From NCBI GenBank assembly GCA_025061735.1, contig JANXAU010000037.1, positions 816-64,815 on the forward strand: a DNA stretch of 64,000 bases, given 5' to 3'. Numbering within the stretch: the first letter of the stretch is position 1; each line of letters starts with the position of its first letter. This document shows positions 1 through 8,809 of the stretch, in pieces. The position numbers and the translations under genes are program-made. The DNA is from Candidatus Bipolaricaulota bacterium (lineage in GTDB: Bacteria; Bipolaricaulota; Bipolaricaulia; RBG-16-55-9; DRXL01). The notes beneath the pieces are model-generated. The model was not told where the DNA came from and made no database searches. It worked only from the letters and a program-made list of their open reading frames with translations.

Positions 1-1
1 G

Positions 2-70
2 GTCGTCAACAAAGAGGGCATCCTCGTGGGGATGCTGCGGCGCATTGATTTGCTCAAAGATCTGCTATGA
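2..70 (+). CDS. 3' end of a CBS-domain-like protein (partial, runs off the window)
   Basis: Frame 2 reads VVNKEGILVGMLRRIDLLKDLL*, resembling the CBS motif VVDxxGxLVGIITxxDLL; its TGA (68-70) overlaps the ispG ATG (ATGA). Confidence 0.5.
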   Translation, partial: VVNKEGILVGMLRRIDLLKDLL

Positions 71-1143
71 TTCCTCCTATTCAGCGCAGAATTTCGAAAG
101 AAGTACGCATCGGCTCGCTCAAGATGGGCGGAGACAACCCGATCGTGGTACAGTCCATGACTACCACCGACACGCGCGACGTCGAAGCGACCGTGAGGCA
201 GATTCACCGACTGGAGCAGGCGGGCTGCGAGCTTGTGCGCGTGGCGGTCTTGAACATGGACGCGGCCAATCAGCTCGCGGAGATCAAGAAGCGCATCCAT
301 ATTCCGTTGGTCGCCGATATCCACTTTGATCATCGGTTGGCGCTGAAGGCCATCGAGCAAGGGGTAGACAAACTGCGGCTCAACCCGGGGAATATCACAG
401 AGCGTTCCAAGATCGAGCAAGTCGTCAAAGCTGCTAAAGATCGGGGGATTCCCATCCGAATTGGGGTCAATTCGGGGTCGCTGCCCAAAGATCTCTTAAT
501 TAAGCACGAAGGCGCGACCCCCGAAGCAATGGTCGAGGCCGCGCTGCGTGAGATCGAGATCTTAGAAGACAACAACTTTTTCGATATTGTAGTCTCATTG
601 AAGTCTACCGACGTGCGCGTGATGATCGAATCGTACAGACTCATAGCGAAGCTTGTGAAGTATCCGTTGCACTTGGGGGTCACCGAAGCGGGGCTGGGGG
701 ACACGGGAATCGTGCGTTCGGCGCTGGGGATCGGGACTCTCTTAGAAGAGGGGATTGGCGACACGCTGCGCTGCTCGCTCACGGGGGATCCGGTGCGTGA
801 AGTCAAGGTAGCGTATGATATCTTGGCAGCGTTGCACATTCGTTGGAAGGGGATTCAATACACGTCGTGTCCGACGTGCGGGCGGATTGGGATAGATTTG
901 GAGAAGATCGTCGCGGAAGTCCAGAAGCGTCTGGAAAACGTAGACAAGCCCATAAAGATCTCGCTGATCGGCTGTGTCGTGAACGGGCCGGGGGAGGCGT
1001 TGCATTCGCATATTGGGCTAGTAGGGCATGAGAAGTCCGGGACGATCTATATTGATGGCAAGCCTTACAAGCGCGTGCCGGAGGAGCAGCTCGTTGATGA
1101 GCTTGTGCGTGTAGCTCTAGAATACAACGAGCGAAAGAGATGA
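67..1143 (+). CDS. ispG: (E)-4-hydroxy-3-methylbut-2-enyl-diphosphate synthase
   Basis: VQSMTTTDT, PLVADIHF, RLNPGNI, IRIGVNSGSL, YPLHLGVTEAG, and C-terminal SCPTCGR...IGCVVNGPGE 4Fe-4S motifs. Confidence 0.95.
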   Translation: MIPPIQRRISKEVRIGSLKMGGDNPIVVQSMTTTDTRDVEATVRQIHRLEQAGCELVRVAVLNMDAANQLAEIKKRIHIPLVADIHFDHRLALKAIEQGVDKLRLNPGNITERSKIEQVVKAAKDRGIPIRIGVNSGSLPKDLLIKHEGATPEAMVEAALREIEILEDNNFFDIVVSLKSTDVRVMIESYRLIAKLVKYPLHLGVTEAGLGDTGIVRSALGIGTLLEEGIGDTLRCSLTGDPVREVKVAYDILAALHIRWKGIQYTSCPTCGRIGIDLEKIVAEVQKRLENVDKPIKISLIGCVVNGPGEALHSHIGLVGHEKSGTIYIDGKPYKRVPEEQLVDELVRVALEYNERKR

Positions 1144-1361
1144 GACCTCAGAATCAAGATTTAGAAGAGTCTCAGGGCTTTGGACGTGATCTTTGGCTGG
1201 CCATCCGTTTGACAGTGTTGGGATGGTTTCTCTATATATTTGCAATTCCCTTGGTCGTAGGTCGTTGGCTGGGGCGCGCATGTTGGAGTGCTTGCGAGCA
1301 ATTCATACGAGCAGCGCTGTGGGTTTATTGGCGGATGAAATCGCTGTTTTTGCGCACTTAA
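1140..1361 (+). CDS. Hypothetical small membrane protein (73 aa)
   Basis: ATGA overlap with ispG, fills the gap, has a hydrophobic core (LTVLGWFLYIFAIPLVVG); no recognised family. Confidence 0.35.
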   Translation: MRPQNQDLEESQGFGRDLWLAIRLTVLGWFLYIFAIPLVVGRWLGRACWSACEQFIRAALWVYWRMKSLFLRT

Positions 1362-1367
1362 CATAAT

Positions 1368-1751
1368 ATGCAATTTCTCTGGACGCTCTTCAACGCGCTG
1401 ATCGGGACGCTCTCATTTCTCGCGTCGGTGCTGATGCTCAAGCACTTATGGGCGATGGTCCCGGTGCCGATGCGCAGCGTTGTGCGCAACGGGCTTGCTC
1501 TGGTGTTTTTTGTCTTGGGGGTGCTTGGCTCGGTGCTGCCCGTGATGCCGGGGTTTGTCTTCTTTCTGCTGGCGTTGCTCGTGATGGACGTGCCTCAAAA
1601 GCGCGTCGCGTTGAGACGCTTGCAGCATAGCTGGATCGTGCAGCGGTGCTTGCGCTCTCCGTCGTTTGCGCGCTCGTGGCGACGCCTGCGGCGCTATGCC
1701 CGCGACCCGCACGAGTTCATCAAGGAATCTGATCAGAGTCGCGCGCTCTAG
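1368..1751 (+). CDS. Small membrane protein, DUF454/PGPGW-like
   Basis: Several hydrophobic segments; LGVLGSVLPVMPGFVFFLLAL resembles the DUF454/PGPGW helix-Pro-helix pattern. Confidence 0.5.
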   Translation: MQFLWTLFNALIGTLSFLASVLMLKHLWAMVPVPMRSVVRNGLALVFFVLGVLGSVLPVMPGFVFFLLALLVMDVPQKRVALRRLQHSWIVQRCLRSPSFARSWRRLRRYARDPHEFIKESDQSRAL

Positions 1752-1788
1752 CCGCAAGCGATTTTCTGCTTTATAATAAGCACTATAT

Positions 1789-2307
1789 ATGGCTCTGAAG
1801 ATTCGCGTATATCCCGATGCCGTCTTGCGCCGGCGCGCGCAGCCTGTGACTCAGATCACCGACGAATTGAGAAAGTTCGCGGACGCGCTCGTCGAGACGA
1901 TGGTCTTAGCGAAAGGCTACGGCTTGGCCGCTCCACAAGTCGGCGTGCTCCAGCGCATCATTGCTATGGATGTCGAGCAAGACTTCTATGTGCTGATCAA
2001 CCCCGAGATCCTCTGGGCCAGCGACGAGCGCATCATCGGAATCGAAGGGTGCTTGAGCATCCCCGGCGTTGAGGCCGAAGTCGAACGACCGTGCCAGATT
2101 CGAGTGCGTGCGCTCAATCTCGATGGACAAGAGATCGTGCTCGAGAGAGACGATCTCGTCGCCCGCGTGCTCCAGCACGAAATAGACCACCTGAACGGCA
2201 TCTTGTTCATTGACCATCTCAGTCAGGCCAAGCGCTTGACGCTACTGAAAGAGTACGAGCGCCTCAAGAAGGCGCCGAAGAAGAGCAAAGCGAAAGTCTC
2301 TCTATGA
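1789..2307 (+). CDS. def: Peptide deformylase
   Basis: GLAAPQVG, EGCLSIPG and QHEIDHLNG motifs; followed by fmt. Confidence 0.96.
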   Translation: MALKIRVYPDAVLRRRAQPVTQITDELRKFADALVETMVLAKGYGLAAPQVGVLQRIIAMDVEQDFYVLINPEILWASDERIIGIEGCLSIPGVEAEVERPCQIRVRALNLDGQEIVLERDDLVARVLQHEIDHLNGILFIDHLSQAKRLTLLKEYERLKKAPKKSKAKVSL

Positions 2308-3218
2308 GGGTGATCTTCGTTGGGACAGCGCCGTTGGGGATTCCTACGCTCTACGCGCTGGCTCAAAAGCACGAGATCCTCGCGGTCTTCACCCAACCGG
2401 ATCGCCCAGCGGGACGGGGCCTCAAGCTCAGACCGCCGCCCGTCAAGGTCGCTGCCCAAGCGTTGAAGCTCCCCGTCTATCAGCCCGATAAGATCAACCG
2501 CGAGATTGAGTTTATAAAGACACTCAATCCCGAGGTGATCGTCGTGATCGCGTTTGGGCAGTTTCTCTCCAAAAAACTCCTAGGGATTCCCAGATATGGG
2601 TGCATCAATCTGCACGCGTCGCTCCTGCCCAAGTATCGTGGAGCCGCGCCCATTCCGTGGGCGATCCTCAACGACGAGCGCGAGACGGGACTGACAACGT
2701 TTCTCTTGAACGAAGAGATGGACGCGGGGGATATCTTGCTCCAAGAGAAAGTCCCTATCAGCGATGACGACACCGCCGGGACGCTGCACGACAGATTGGC
2801 GCAACGCGGGCCGGAGCTGATGCTGCGCACTCTCGAAGGGCTAGAGAAGGGGACGCTCACGCCGCGCCCGCAAGACCACGCGCAAGCGACGTTTGCGCCG
2901 AAGATCGAAGACGCGCTGGGGCAGATCGATTGGACCCAGCCCGCCCGCAAGATTTTCAATCTCATTCGCGGGCTGAATCCCTCTCCAGGAGCGTACACGT
3001 TCTGGGAGGGGCAGCGCGTGAAGATCTATGCGAGCCGGACGGTGCCCAGCGACTCGATCTTTGAGCCGGGGCGGGTGATAGATCCAGAGCGTCTTCTTGT
3101 GCGCTGTGGGGAAGATGCTCTAGAGCTGACAGAAGTGCAGCCGGCGGGGAAGCGTCGCATGAGCGGGCGCGATTTCGTGAATGGGTATAAGATCAAATTC
3201 GGGGTGAAGCTCGGATAA
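2304..3218 (+). CDS. fmt: Methionyl-tRNA formyltransferase
   Basis: VFTQPDRPAGRG, INLHASLLPKYRGAAPI, MDAGDI; ATGA overlap with def. Confidence 0.96.
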   Translation: MRVIFVGTAPLGIPTLYALAQKHEILAVFTQPDRPAGRGLKLRPPPVKVAAQALKLPVYQPDKINREIEFIKTLNPEVIVVIAFGQFLSKKLLGIPRYGCINLHASLLPKYRGAAPIPWAILNDERETGLTTFLLNEEMDAGDILLQEKVPISDDDTAGTLHDRLAQRGPELMLRTLEGLEKGTLTPRPQDHAQATFAPKIEDALGQIDWTQPARKIFNLIRGLNPSPGAYTFWEGQRVKIYASRTVPSDSIFEPGRVIDPERLLVRCGEDALELTEVQPAGKRRMSGRDFVNGYKIKFGVKLG

Positions 3219-3222
3219 CTGC

Positions 3223-3257
3223 TTGCACCGGGTTGTCAAATTCTATAAATTTTTAGA
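3223..3257 (+). promoter_or_regulatory. Sigma70-type promoter and imperfect palindrome upstream of the antitoxin
   Basis: TTGCAC (3223-28), 17 nt, TAAATT (3246-51), then 7 nt to ATG 3259; overlapped by TCTATAAA/TTTTTAGA (3242-57, one mismatch). Confidence 0.5.
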
Positions 3258-3258
3258 T

Positions 3259-3510
3259 ATGCGCACTACGGTTACTCTCGATGACGACGTAGCGGTTCTT
3301 CTCAAGCGTCTCCGGGCGTCCTCTAAAAAATCTCTGAGAGAGTTGATCAACACGGCGCTCCGCAGAGGGCTTAGCGAATTAGAAAAGCTCTCCTCTCGAT
3401 CACGATGTACCTATACCGTGCGCCCTCTGCCTGTGGGGCGCTGTCTGATCGATTCTCTTGATGACGTGGCTGAAGCTCTCGCTGTTGCCGAAGGCGAGGC
3501 GTTTCGATGA
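3259..3510 (+). CDS. VapB-like ribbon-helix-helix antitoxin
   Basis: MRTTVTLDDDVAVLL... start is typical of RHH/CopG antitoxins; ATGA overlap with the PIN toxin. The ORF-track start at 3223 is probably too early. Confidence 0.8.
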   Translation: MRTTVTLDDDVAVLLKRLRASSKKSLRELINTALRRGLSELEKLSSRSRCTYTVRPLPVGRCLIDSLDDVAEALAVAEGEAFR

Positions 3511-3944
3511 TCCTCGTTGACGCGAATATCTTGATCTACGCGCATGTATCAAGCTCACCATACCACAAGGCCGCACGACGCTGGCTGGAAGACCAACTCA
3601 ACAGCACATCGCAAGTGGGGTTACCGTGGCCATCACTTTTGGCGTTTGTGCGTTTGGTGACTAACCCTCGAATTTTTGAGTATCCTGTATCGCTGGATGA
3701 AGCCTGGAACCGTGTCGAGGAATGGTTGGCGCTCCCCTCGGTCTGGATTCCCCAACCCACAGAGCGCCATGCTCAGATTTTGGGGGATTTCCTCAAACGT
3801 GTAGTAGATCGCTCTTCTCTCGTTCCTGATGCACATATCGCAGCACTCGCTATTGAGCACGGTTTGACCCTGTACAGCACAGACAGAGATTTCGCTCGCT
3901 TCCCTGGGCTGAAGTGGTCAAACCCACTTCAACATAGCATATAG
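3507..3944 (+). CDS. vapC: VapC family PIN-domain toxin
   Basis: MILVDANILIYA, DAHIAALAIEHG and STDRDFARF acidic PIN motifs. Confidence 0.9.
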   Translation: MILVDANILIYAHVSSSPYHKAARRWLEDQLNSTSQVGLPWPSLLAFVRLVTNPRIFEYPVSLDEAWNRVEEWLALPSVWIPQPTERHAQILGDFLKRVVDRSSLVPDAHIAALAIEHGLTLYSTDRDFARFPGLKWSNPLQHSI

Positions 3945-3953
3945 CGCGCAGCT

Positions 3954-5102
3954 ATGAAGAAAGTGATCGTTCTTGGCGCAGGCATGGTGGGGCGAGCTAT
4001 CGCGCTCGATTTGGCCCAGCGATACGACGTGACGGCGGCCGACATAGACGAACAGAAGCTCGCGCAACTACGCGCAGACGCCCCTATACGCACCGTCACG
4101 GCCGATCTCTCGCGCGCGGAGACGATCAAAAATCTCGTAAAAGAACAAGATCTAGCGATCGGCGCCCTCCCCGGATTCTTGGGCTTTCAGACGCTCAAAA
4201 CCGTCATCGAGTGCGAGAAGAATATTATAGATATTTCGTTCTTCGCCGAAGACCCGTTTGAGCTTGACGCGCTCGCCACGCAGAAGGGCGTCACCGCCGT
4301 GGTTGACTGCGGCGTCGCCCCCGGCATGTGCAATCTTCTGCTGGGCTATCACAACGCCAGAATGACAGTCGAGCGTTATGAGTGTCTGGTGGGGGGTCTG
4401 CCGGTCAAGCGGAGCTGGCCCTATCAGTACAAAGCGCCCTTCTCGCCCATAGACGTCATCGAAGAGTATACGCGCCCGGCGCGTCTGGTCATAGACGGAA
4501 AAATGATTGAGCGCGAGGCGCTCTCCGACCCCGAGTATGTCGAATTCGACGAGATCGGCACGCTCGAAGCGTTTAATACCGACGGGTTGAGAACGCTCTT
4601 AAAAACCATGAGAATCCCCCACATGCGCGAGAAGACCCTGCGCTACCCAGGGCACATCGAGTATATCAGAGTGCTGCGCGAGACGGGCTTTTTGGGCAAA
4701 GAGCCTATCGAGATCAACGGCACCCAGATTCGTCCTCTCGACGTGACGGCGAAGCTGCTCTTCCCCCAGTGGCGGCTCGATCCCGATGAGCCAGAGTTCA
4801 CGATTATGCGCGTAACGATTGAGGGCATCGAGAACGGCCGGCGCAAAGAGTACGTCTATGAGCTTCTAGATCGCTTCGACTCTAAGACAAAGACTTCTTC
4901 GATGGCGCGGACGACAGGCTACACGTGCACGGCCGTCGCGACGCTCGTGCTTGAGGGAATCTTTACGCAGAAGGGGATCATTCCGCCGGAGTATATCGGG
5001 GCTGATGAGCGATGCTTTCAGGCTGTGATGGAGTATCAGAGAGCAAGAAATGTGCACTACAAGATCGCGGAGAGAGTCGTGGAGAGAGTCGTGAAAGAAT
5101 AG
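3954..5102 (+). CDS. Saccharopine dehydrogenase / lysine 6-dehydrogenase family protein
   Basis: Rossmann LGAGMVG, DCGVAPG, EAFNTDGLRTL, KTLRYPGH, SMARTTGY. Confidence 0.85.
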   Translation: MKKVIVLGAGMVGRAIALDLAQRYDVTAADIDEQKLAQLRADAPIRTVTADLSRAETIKNLVKEQDLAIGALPGFLGFQTLKTVIECEKNIIDISFFAEDPFELDALATQKGVTAVVDCGVAPGMCNLLLGYHNARMTVERYECLVGGLPVKRSWPYQYKAPFSPIDVIEEYTRPARLVIDGKMIEREALSDPEYVEFDEIGTLEAFNTDGLRTLLKTMRIPHMREKTLRYPGHIEYIRVLRETGFLGKEPIEINGTQIRPLDVTAKLLFPQWRLDPDEPEFTIMRVTIEGIENGRRKEYVYELLDRFDSKTKTSSMARTTGYTCTAVATLVLEGIFTQKGIIPPEYIGADERCFQAVMEYQRARNVHYKIAERVVERVVKE

Positions 5103-5138
5103 CGCTCTACTATCACTGACATCCGCAGATTGTCTCTA

Positions 5139-5166
5139 ATGATGGTATTGTATATAATACCATCAT
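5139..5166. promoter_or_regulatory. Perfect 11-6-11 inverted repeat (likely TA operator) overlapping a TATAAT box
   Basis: ATGATGGTATT-GTATAT-AATACCATCAT; TATAAT at 5153-58; ATG at 5169. Confidence 0.7.
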
Positions 5167-5168
5167 AG

Positions 5169-5603
5169 ATGGCTAAGGCCAAGATCGTCCTGGACACGAG
5201 CGTGCTTGTTGCTGGGTTTCGATCGCGGCGAGGAGCTGCGTTCAGATTATTGTCCTTAGTTGGAACAAGACGATTCGATATCGCTCTATCAGTACCGGGG
5301 GTGCTAGAGTATGAAGAGGCATTACGACGAATCCCTTGGCTTACAGAGTCTGACATTCAAGATATTCTCGATTATTTGTGCTCTATTGCTATACATCAAG
5401 AGATCTTCTTTCTCTGGCGACCCTATCTGCGCGATCCGAAGGATGACATGGTCTTAGAACTGGCCGTCGCGGCAGGCTGTACAGCAATTATTACGTATAA
5501 TCAACGCGATTTCGCAGGTGCGGAGGACTTCGGCCTGCGCGTGTTGACTCCAGCGGCATTTCTCGATGAGCTAGCCAGACGAGAGAGAGGAGGAATACGA
5601 TGA
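5169..5603 (+). CDS. PIN-domain putative toxin (PIN_3-like)
   Basis: IVLDTSVLVAG, LEYEEAL, LRDPKDDMVLELAVAAG, ITYNQRDF. Confidence 0.85.
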   Translation: MAKAKIVLDTSVLVAGFRSRRGAAFRLLSLVGTRRFDIALSVPGVLEYEEALRRIPWLTESDIQDILDYLCSIAIHQEIFFLWRPYLRDPKDDMVLELAVAAGCTAIITYNQRDFAGAEDFGLRVLTPAAFLDELARRERGGIR

Positions 5604-5869
5604 GCGCTTTGAGCATTCGGTTACCACATTCTCTCCACAAGCAACTTCGTGAACTCGCAAAGCGCGAAGGGGCTTCAATCAATCAACTGGTGACTTCGGC
5701 GGTGGCCGAGAAGTTGGCTGCTCTCATGACTGTGGAGTATCTGAAGGAGCGAGCGCAACGAGGCAGTCGAGAGCGATTTGAGCGCGTCCTCGCTAAAGTA
5801 CCCGACGTGGAACCGGAGGATTGGGACCGGCTGCCCTCTCGGCGGCGTTCGCGGTCCTCACGTCGCTAA
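5600..5869 (+). CDS. RHH / HicB-like antitoxin
   Basis: MSALSIRLPHSLHKQLRELAKREGASINQLV...AVAEKL; ATGA overlap with the PIN gene. Confidence 0.8.
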   Translation: MSALSIRLPHSLHKQLRELAKREGASINQLVTSAVAEKLAALMTVEYLKERAQRGSRERFERVLAKVPDVEPEDWDRLPSRRRSRSSRR

Positions 5870-5901
5870 AATTTACTGCTCTACAATCAAAGCGAGCACG
5901 G

Positions 5902-6375
5902 ATGAAGAGTTTAAACGATCTTAAGCCCCCGGCGGTGGCCGTCGTCGGCGAGAGCGGCGTGGGGAAGACTACGCTGATTCTAGAATTGATCAGAACTCTT
6001 AGCGCGCGCGGCTATCGGGTTGGCGCGATCAAACACACCCATCACACCGAGATAGAGTTCGACACGCCGGGCAAAGACTCTTATAAGATGAAAGCCGCCG
6101 GTGCGGTGACCGTCGCGCTCGCAACGCCCCAAAGGCTGATGCTCGTGCGCGACGGACCCCCAAAACTCGAAGAGCTTCTGCAACGCGATTTCTCCGAGCT
6201 TGACGTGGTGCTGGTCGAGGGCTTCAAAGAATCCGATCTCCCCAAGATTCTCGTCGAACGCGATGGCTCTAGAGAGACACAGCACGCTAATCTTATCGCT
6301 CGCTTGCGTTCCCCCTTCGGAGCTGCCGAAGTCGCGCAGATAGCCGATCTTTTGGAGAGACGCGTTCTGTCATGA
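5902..6375 (+). CDS. mobB: Molybdopterin-guanine dinucleotide biosynthesis protein B
   Basis: GESGVGKTT P-loop, VGAIKHTHH, GKDSY, LVEGFK; start taken at ATG 5902. Confidence 0.87.
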   Translation: MKSLNDLKPPAVAVVGESGVGKTTLILELIRTLSARGYRVGAIKHTHHTEIEFDTPGKDSYKMKAAGAVTVALATPQRLMLVRDGPPKLEELLQRDFSELDVVLVEGFKESDLPKILVERDGSRETQHANLIARLRSPFGAAEVAQIADLLERRVLS

Positions 6376-7607
6376 ACCGATGGGAGAAGGCTCAGCCGCT
6401 ATCGTCAGCGCTCTCGCAGGCGCTCGCGCGCGTCACGCCCGTGAGCGAGAGCGAAGAGATCCCCGTCTCTGACGCCTACGGGCGCGTCCTCGCCGAAGAG
6501 ATCTTCTCTCCGTGGGATCTGCCGGGTTTTGTGCGCGCGACGATGGACGGCTACGCCGTGCGCGCCCAAGACACCCTCAACGCGAGCCGCGAGCAGCCCG
6601 CTATTCTCAAGGTGATCGGCTCCGTCGAGATGGGCCAAGACCCCCAGACACTTCCGGCCCTTCAAGAGTTCGAAGCGATGGAGATCACGACGGGAGGGCC
6701 GCTGCCCCCAAACGCCGACGCGGTCGTCATGCTGGAAGAGACCGAGAGACTCTCAGATTCGGTAAAGGTCTTCGTGCCCGTGAAGCCGGGGGAGCATCTG
6801 CTCGCAGCCGACTCGGACTTTCAGCGGGGGGAAAGAGTCTTCTATGCGGGGCATCGGTTGCGGGCTGTTGACATCGGTGCGCTCATCGCGCTGGGGCGAG
6901 AGTCAGTGAGGGTCTTTCAGCGCGTGCGCGTTGGGGTGTTGAGCACGGGGTCGGAGCTGGTCTCTGAGGGAGAACCGCCACCGGGGAAGATCCGCGAGAC
7001 GAATTCTTACGTGCTGCGCGGCCTGATCGAAGCGCAGAGCGCCCAAGCGCGGTGCTATCCCATCGTCCCCGACGAGAAACGCTCGCTGCGCATCGCCATC
7101 GAACGAGCCGTGCACGAGAACGATTTCGTCTTGCTCTCGGGAGGTTCTTCGGTAGGGGCGCGCGACTGGACGCTCGAGATCCTTCAAGAGCTGGGAGAGG
7201 TCGTGGTGCACGGCTTGCAGATCCGTCCGGGGAAACCGACGCTCTTCGCGCTGGTCGCTCACAAGCCCGTGGTGGGGCTGCCGGGGAATCCCGTCTCGTG
7301 CGCGCTCGTCTTCGAGAAGTTCGCGCGCCCGCTGATAGCCAAGCGCAGCGGCGTGAGAGTCTTGTTGCCCTCGCATCGTCTGGTGCCAGCCCGTCTGCTC
7401 TCCCGCATCGAGTCTGTCAAGGGCCGCGAAGACTTCGTAGCTGTAAGACTCAAGCTCGACGAGGAGACCGGCGCGCTCTTCGCCGAGCCGATCTACGGAC
7501 ACACGAACAACATCTCGACGCTGGTGCGCGCCGACGGCATCGTCTCGGTGCCCGCAGATTTAGAAAAAATCGAAGCAGGATTGCCCGTCTGGGTGGAGCT
7601 GCTATGA
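6372..7607 (+). CDS. moeA: Molybdopterin molybdotransferase (copy 1)
   Basis: GRVLAE, ATMDGYAV, TGGPLPPNADAVVMLE, STGSEL, SGGSSVG, PGKPT, GLPGNPVS. Confidence 0.9.
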   Translation: MNRWEKAQPLSSALSQALARVTPVSESEEIPVSDAYGRVLAEEIFSPWDLPGFVRATMDGYAVRAQDTLNASREQPAILKVIGSVEMGQDPQTLPALQEFEAMEITTGGPLPPNADAVVMLEETERLSDSVKVFVPVKPGEHLLAADSDFQRGERVFYAGHRLRAVDIGALIALGRESVRVFQRVRVGVLSTGSELVSEGEPPPGKIRETNSYVLRGLIEAQSAQARCYPIVPDEKRSLRIAIERAVHENDFVLLSGGSSVGARDWTLEILQELGEVVVHGLQIRPGKPTLFALVAHKPVVGLPGNPVSCALVFEKFARPLIAKRSGVRVLLPSHRLVPARLLSRIESVKGREDFVAVRLKLDEETGALFAEPIYGHTNNISTLVRADGIVSVPADLEKIEAGLPVWVELL

Positions 7608-8809
7608 AGCGTGCTCACTTGCAACTGACTCCCTTGGAAGAGGCTCGTCGTCGCTTCTTCGATGCGTTGGAGAAGGCTGGTTTTTTTGTGGCTTCGGAAG
7701 AAGAGATCGAGACACCGCAGGCGCTCTGGCGCGTGACAAGCCGTGAGGTTCTGGCGCGCCGAGCGGTGCCGCACTTCGCCAGCGCCGCGATGGACGGGAT
7801 CGCTGTGCGAGCTGCCCAAACTCAGCAAGCGAGCTTGCAGCGCCCGTTGAGATTGGTGCGCGGGCGTGACTTTGAGTTCATAGACACGGGTCAGCCCATC
7901 CCCCCGCCGTTCGACGCGGTCATCAAGATCGAAGACGTTCAAGAGTTCGATAGCCAGACGGTGGTCATCACGAGGCCCACGAGCGCCGGCAAGCATGTTC
8001 GCGCGGTGGGCGAAGATTTCGCGCTGGGCGCTCAAGTTGTGCCCGCTGGCTTTCAGCTCACGCCCGAAGCAATTGCGGCCCTGCTGAGCGCGGGCCATCT
8101 TTCTGTCTGGGTCAAGCGTCAGCTCAAAGCGATCTTCATCCCAACGGGATCGGAGTTGGTCTCGTGGCGAGCAGAGCCACAGATCGGGCAATTCTGCGAG
8201 ACGAACTCTCAGATCGTTGCGGGTTTACTAGAAGAGTGGGGCGCTCTCGTCACCGTGCACGAGATCGTGCCCAACGAAGCTGAGCGTATTCGCGCAGCGC
8301 TGCACCAAGCGCTGGGGAGCTACGATTTGGTCTTAGTGGGATCGGGGACGAGTCAGGGTCGAGGGGATTTGGTGCCCCAGATCGTGCAAGAGCTTGGGAA
8401 GGTGCTCGTGCACGGGGTAGCGTATCATCCGGGGCATCCGGTGCTGTTGGGGCTGGGGAGGGGGGCTATCGTCGGGTTGCCGGGCTATCCGGTGGCTGCT
8501 TGGTTGGCGCTCCATCTCTTCGTGAAGCCCGTGTTGGAGCGCTATTATTTTGGGCGCGAGCGCGAGCGCTTCAAACTGCGGGCGAAGCTCGCCCAGCCCG
8601 TGAAGTCGGCGAGGGGCTATCGGGAGTTTGTGCGGGCGCGCCTGGAGCGCGCTGCCGACGGCTCGTATTGGGTCTATCCGTTGCAAGGGGGCGCGAGCAA
8701 ACTCTCGACGATCGTGAACGCCGACGGCTGGATCGAAGTGCCCGAAGAGATCGAAGCTTACGAGCAGAATACTTTCGTAGAAGTCACGCTGGTGCGCGGG
8801 AGGCCCTAG
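7604..8809 (+). CDS. moeA: Molybdopterin molybdotransferase (copy 2)
   Basis: AAMDGIAV, DTGQPIP, PTGSEL, GTSQG, HPGHP, GLPGYPVA; ATG 7604 overlaps the TGA of copy 1. Confidence 0.87.
   Translation: MKRAHLQLTPLEEARRRFFDALEKAGFFVASEEEIETPQALWRVTSREVLARRAVPHFASAAMDGIAVRAAQTQQASLQRPLRLVRGRDFEFIDTGQPIPPPFDAVIKIEDVQEFDSQTVVITRPTSAGKHVRAVGEDFALGAQVVPAGFQLTPEAIAALLSAGHLSVWVKRQLKAIFIPTGSELVSWRAEPQIGQFCETNSQIVAGLLEEWGALVTVHEIVPNEAERIRAALHQALGSYDLVLVGSGTSQGRGDLVPQIVQELGKVLVHGVAYHPGHPVLLGLGRGAIVGLPGYPVAAWLALHLFVKPVLERYYFGRERERFKLRAKLAQPVKSARGYREFVRARLERAADGSYWVYPLQGGASKLSTIVNADGWIEVPEEIEAYEQNTFVEVTLVRGRP

Noticed and set aside
5070-5093. 12-bp tandem duplication GAGAGAGTCGTG x2 at the dehydrogenase 3' end
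   Set aside because: The copies are adjacent rather than flanking the TA cassette, so it is not a target-site duplication; likely slippage.
5139-5166. The 11-6-11 palindrome as a dif/Xer site (same geometry; a Xer-like recombinase is in the window)
   Set aside because: The inner arm bases (TATT/AATA) do not match the dif-type ATAA/TTAT, it is a single copy, and it overlaps a -10 box, so an operator is the simpler explanation.
7052-7603. 585-aa version of moeA copy 2
   Set aside because: The N-terminal extension is an alternative frame within moeA copy 1; ATG 7604 gives the typical ATGA coupling.
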